A DNA stretch of 39,739 bases from Utricularia gibba (Eukaryota > Plantae > Magnoliophyta). How positions within the stretch are numbered: the stretch's first letter is position 1; each line of letters starts with the position of its first letter. The stretch lies in assembly GCA_002189035.1 (NCBI GenBank), contig NEEC01000357.1, forward strand, positions 1 through 39,739, in the 5' to 3' direction. The translations under genes and the position numbers were made by a program. Of this stretch, positions 34,701-39,739 are shown piece after piece. Under the pieces are notes generated by a model that was not told where the DNA came from, ran no database searches, and worked only from the letters and a program-made list of their open reading frames with translations.

Positions 34701-35173
34701 TTCTCAAGGAAAAGCTTGTCGTTTTTGGGCGGGTGATGTCGTTGTGAACTTCGTTCTGACCCAAGGTTCGGTCTGACTCCTTTGCCAAATCGGTCCTACT
34801 CGACGAAAATCGTGATGCAGTTATTGAAGTTAGGATTCATGAGCACCCAAAATGGTTTTCTCAACCGCATGCTTTATATTGAGGAGGCGCTCTCGTGGGG
34901 CAACGGTATCGAGCAGAGGTCGAGTCGAGCTCGGCCCAGAGTCATTTGTAGCTCAAAAAAATTGATGCATTTATTAACGTTGGTTTTAATAGGCTGCCTA
35001 CATGGTTTCTCAAGGAAAAGCTTGTCGTTTCTGGGCGGGTGATGTCGTTTGGAACTTCGTTCTGACCAAGGTTCGGTCTGACTCCTTTGCCACATCGGGT
35101 CCTACTCGACGAAAATCGTGATGCAGTTATTGAAGTTAGGATGTCATGAGCACCCAAAATGGTTTTCTCAACC

Positions 35174-38100
35174 GCATGCTTTATATTTGAGGAGGCGCTC
35201 TCGTGGGGCAACGGTATCGAGCAGGAGGTCGAGTCGAGCTCGGGCCCATAGTCATTTGTAGCTCGGCAAAAAACTTGATGCATTAATTAACGTTGGGTTT
35301 TAATAGAACGCCTACATTGTTTTCTCAAGGAAAAGCTTGTCGTTTTTGGCGGGTGATTTCGTTGTGAACTTCGTTCTGACCCAACGTTCGGTCTGACTCC
35401 TTTGCCACATCGGGTCCTACTCGACGAAAATCGTGATGCAGTTATTGAAGTTAGGATGTCATGAGCACCCAAAATGGTTTTCTCAACCGCATGCTTTATA
35501 TTTGATAAGGCGCTCTCGTGGGGCAACGGTATCGAGCAGGAGGTCGAGTCGAGCTCGGGCCCATAGTCATTTGTAGCTCGGCAAAAAATTGATGCATTTA
35601 TTAACGGTTGGTTTTAATAGGCTGCCTAAATGGTTTTCTCAAGGAAAAGCTTGTCGTTTTTGGGCGGGTGATGTCGTTGTGAACTTCGTTCTGACCCAAG
35701 GTTCGGTCTGTCCCTTTGCCACATCGGTCCTACTCGACGAAAATCGTGATGCAGTTATTGAAGTTAGGATGTCATGAGCACCCAAAATGGTTTTCTCAAC
35801 GCATGCTTTATATTTGAGGAGGCTCTCTCGTGGGGCAACGGTATCGAGCAGAGGTCGAGTCGAGCTCGGGCCCAGAGTCATTTGTAGCCCGGCAAAAAAT
35901 TGATGCATTTATTAACGTTCGGTTTAATAGGCTGCCTACATAGTTTCTCAAGGAAAAGCTTGTCGTTTCTGGGCGGGTGATGTCGTTGGAACTTCGTTCA
36001 CCAAGGTTCGGTCTGACTCCTTTGCCACATCGGGTCCTACTCGACGAAAATCGTGATGCAGTTATTGAAGTTAGGATCATGAGCACCCAAAATGGTTTTC
36101 TCAACCGCATGCTTTATATTTGATAAGGCACTCTCGTGGGGCAACGGTATCGAGCAGAGGTCGAGTCGAGCTCGGGCCATAGTCATTTGTAGCCGGCAAA
36201 AAAAATTGATGCATTTATTAACGTTCGGCTTTATTAGGCTGCCTACATAGTTTCTCAAGGAAAAGCTTGTCGTTTGCGGGTGATGTCGTTGGAACTTCGT
36301 TCGGACCCAAGGTTCTGTCTGACTCCTTTTGCCACATCGGGTCCTACTCGACGAAAATCGTGATGCAGTTATTGAAGTTAGGATGTCATGAGCACCCAAA
36401 ATGGTTTTCTCAACCGCATGCTTTATATTTGAGGAGGCGCTCTCGTGGGGCAACGGTATCGAGCAGGAGGTCGAGTCGAGCTCGGGCCCATAGTCATTTG
36501 TAGCTCGGCAAAAAAATTGATGCATTTATTAACGTTGGTTTTAATAGGCTGCCTACATGGTTTTCTCAAGGAAAAGCTTGTCGTTTTTGGGCGGGTGATG
36601 TCGTTGTGAACTTCGTTCTGACCCAAGGTTCGGTCTGACTCCTTTGCCACATCGGGTCCTACTCGACGAAAATCGTGATGCAGTTATTGAAGTTAGGATG
36701 TCATGAGCACCCAAAATGGTTTTCTCAACCGCATGCTTTATATTTGATAAGGTGCTCTCGTGGGGCAACGGTATCGAGTAGGAGGTCGAGTCGAGCTCGG
36801 GCCCATAGTCATTTGTAGCTCGGCAAAAAACTTGATGCATTTATTAACGTTGGTTTTAATAGCTGCCTAAATGGTTTTCTCAAGGAAAAGCTTGTCGTTT
36901 TTGGGCGGGTGATGTCGTTGTGAACTTCGTTCTGACCCAAGGTTCGGTCTGTCTCCTTTGCCAAATCTGGTCCTACTCGACGAAAATCGTGATGCAGTTA
37001 TTGAAGTTAGGATTTCATGAGCACCCAAAATGGTTTCTCAACCATGCTTTATATTTGAGGAGGCTCTCGTGGGGCAACGGTATCGAGAGGTCGAGTCGAG
37101 CTCGGTCCCAGAGTCATTTGTAGCCCGGCAAAAAAATTGATGCATTTATTAACGTTGGTTTATTAGGCTGCCTACATAGTTTTCAAGGAAAAGCTTGTCG
37201 TTTCTGGGCGGGTGATGTCTTTTGGAACTTCGTTCTGACCAAGGTTCGGTCTGACTCCTTTGCCACATCGGGTCCTACTCGACGAAAATCGTGATGCAGT
37301 TATTGAAGTTAGGATATCATGAGCACCCAAAATGGTTTTCTCAACCGCATGCTTTATATTTGATAAGGCACTCTCGTGGGCAACGGTATCGAGCAGGAGG
37401 TCGAGTCGAGCTCGGGCCAAGAGTCATTTGTAGCCCGGCAAAAAAATTGATGCATTTATTAACGTTCGGCTTTATTAGGCTGCCTACATAGTTTCTCAAG
37501 GAAAAGCTTGTCGTTTCTACGCGGGTGATGTCGTTGGAACTTCGTTCGGACCCAAGGTTCTGTCTGACTCCTTTGCCACATCGGGTCCTACTCGACGAAA
37601 ATCGTGATGCAGTTATTGAAGTTAGGATGTCATGAGCACCCAAAATGGTTTTCTCAACCGCATGCTTTATATTTGAGGAGGCGCTCTCGTGGGGCAACGG
37701 TATCGAGCAGGAGGTCGAGTCGAGCTCGGGCCCATAGTCATTTGTAGCTCGGCAAAAAACTTGATGCATTTATTAACGTTGGTTTTAATAGGCCGCCTAC
37801 ATGGTTTTCTCAAGGAAAAGCTTGTCGTTTTTGGGCGGGTGATGTCGTTGTGAACTTCGTTCTGACCCAAGGTTCGGTCTGACTCCTTTGCCACATCGGG
37901 TCCTACTCGACGAAAATCGTGATGCAGTTATTGAAGTTAGGATGTCATGAGCACCCAAAATGGTTTTCTCAACCGCATGCTTTATATTTGATAAGGCGCT
38001 CTCGTGGGGCAACGGTATCGAGCAGGAGGTCGAGTCGAGCTCGGGCCCATAGTCATTTGTAGCTCGGCAAAAAACTTGATGCATTTATTAACGTTGGTTT

Positions 38101-38897
38101 TAATAGGCTGCCTAATGGTTTTCTCAAGGAAAAGCTTGTCGTTTTTGGGCGGGTGATGTCGTTGTGAACTTCGTTCTGACCCAAGGTTCGGTCTGTCTCC
38201 TTTGCCAAATCGGTCCTACTCGACGAAAATCGTGATGCAGTTATTGAAGTTAGGATTTCATGAGCACCCAAAATGGTTTCTCAACGCATGCTTTATATTT
38301 GAGGAGGCTCTCGTGGGGCAACGGTATCGAGCAGGAGGTCGAGTCGAGCTCGGGCCCATAGTCATTTGTAGCTCGGCAAAAAATTGATGCATTTATTAAC
38401 GTTGGTTTAATAGGCTGCCTACATGTTTTCTCAAGGAAAAGCTTGTCGTTTTGGGGGTGATGTTTTTGGAACTTCGTTCTGACCCAAGGTTCGGTCTGAC
38501 CTTTGCCACATCGGTCCTACTCGACGAAAATCGTGATGCAGTTATTGAAGTTAGGATATCATGAGCACCCAAAATGGTTTTCTCAACCGCATGCTTTTAT
38601 TTGATAAGGCGCTCTCGTGGGCAACGGTATCGAGCAGAGGTCGAGTCGAGCTCGGGCCCAGAGTCATTTGTAGCCCGGCAAAAAAATTGATGCATTTATT
38701 AACGTTCGGTTTATTAGGCTGCCTACATAGTTTCTCAAGGAAAAGCTTGTCGTTTCTGGCGGGTGATGTCGTTGGAACTTCGTTCGGACCCAAGGTTCTG
38801 TCTGACTCCTTTGCCACATCGGGTCCTACTCGACGAAAATCGTGATGCAGTTATTGAAGTTAGGATGTCATGAGCACCCAAAATGGTTTTCTCAACC
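35174..38897. repeat. Second, blurrier 4-monomer higher-order block, ~3 copies
   Basis: Unit starts at 35174, 36416, 37660 and 38898 (1242, 1244, 1238 bp). TTAATTAA only at 35283. GATATC at 37313 and 38555. AAGGCACT or TTCGGACC..TTCTGTC monomers in the fourth slot. Confidence 0.7.
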
Positions 38898-39739
38898 GCA
38901 TGCTTTATATTGAGGAGGCGCTCTCGTGGGGCAACGGTATCGAGCAGGAGGTCGAGTCGAGCTCGGGCCCAGAGTCATTTGTAGCCCGGCAAAAAATTGA
39001 TGCATTTATTAACGTTGGTTTATTAGGCTGCCTACATAGTTTCTCAAGAAAAGCTTGTCGTTTCTGGCGGGTGATGTCGTTGGGAACTTCGTTCTGACCC
39101 AAGGTTCTGTCTGACTCCTTTGCCACATCGGGTCCTACTCGACGAAAATCGTGATGCAGTTATTGAAGTTAGGATGTCATGAGCACCCAAAATGGTTTTC
39201 TCAACCGCATGCTTTATATTTGAAGGCGCTCTCGTGGGGCAACGGTATCGAGCAGGAGGTCGAGTCGAGCTCGGGCCCATAGTCATTTGTAGCTCGGCAA
39301 AAAACTTGATGCATTTATTAACGGTTGGTTTTAATAGGCTGCCTAAATGGTTTTCTCAAGGAAAAGCTTGTCGTTTTTGGGCGGGTGATGTCGTTGTGAA
39401 CTTCGTTCTGACCCAAGGTTCGGTCTGACTCCTTTGCCACATCGGGTCCTACTCGACGAAAAATCGTGATGCAGTTATTGAAGTTAGGATGTCATGAGCA
39501 CCCAAAATGGTTTTCTCAACCGCATGCTTTATATTGATAAGGTGCTCTCTCGTGGGGCAACGGTATCGAGTAGGAGGTCGAGTCGAGCTCGGGCCCATAG
39601 TCATTTGTAGCTCGGCAAAAAACTTGATGCATTTATTAACGGTTGGTTTTAATAGGCTGCCTAAATGGTTTCTCAAGGAAAAGCTTGTCGTTTTTGGGCG
39701 GGTGATGTCGTTGTGAACTTCGTTCTGACCCAAGGTTCG

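Larger units (their letters stand above)
1..39739. repeat. Tandem satellite DNA array, ~315-bp monomer (mean spacing ~310 bp), ~128 copies, single orientation, running off both window ends
   Basis: TTTCTCAAGGAAAAGCTT recurs at 1, 312, 623, 931 and onward. The GCATGCTTTATATTTGA anchor recurs about 128 times from 168 to 39522. Most monomers carry one each of AAGCTT, TCATGA, GCATGC, GAGCTC, GGGCCC, ATGCAT and AACGTT. No non-repeat sequence or strand switch was seen. Confidence 0.99.

Noticed and set aside
98-39733. The many 60-192 aa ORFs on both strands
   Set aside because: All are translations of the same monomer in different frames, joined or broken by 1-bp indels. No recognisable domain, and their boundaries follow indel noise.
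1-39739. CRISPR array
   Set aside because: No unique spacers; the entire ~315 bp is repeated, and no cas genes are present.
1-39739. Assignment to CentO, CentC or another named satellite from short shared words such as AAAATCGTG and GCACCCAA
   Set aside because: Matches are too short and rest on memory; a database search is needed.

Overview
The whole 39,739-bp window is one uninterrupted head-to-tail satellite DNA array of about 128 monomers, all in the same orientation and about 47% GC. Monomers average about 310 bp, and the least-deleted copies are 315-316 bp. I found no credible protein-coding gene, RNA gene, transposon insertion or CRISPR array; every ORF in the track is a re-reading of the same monomer. 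I cannot name the family or organism from memory, and a eukaryotic centromeric or pericentromeric origin is inference only. There is hidden structure at several scales. (1) Each monomer is an old dimer of two ~157-158-bp subunits. (2) Two monomer subfamilies are defined by linked variants. (3) Higher-order repeats are present: a 13-mer (~4.06 kb, two copies) and a 4-mer (~1.25 kb, three places). (4) A strongly diverged monomer occurs twice. (5) Most 1-bp deletions fall exactly on columns that are polymorphic between monomers. This suggests the sequence is a consensus over mixed paralogous copies, especially in the first 17 kb. All monomer typing and counts were done by eye and need computational confirmation.
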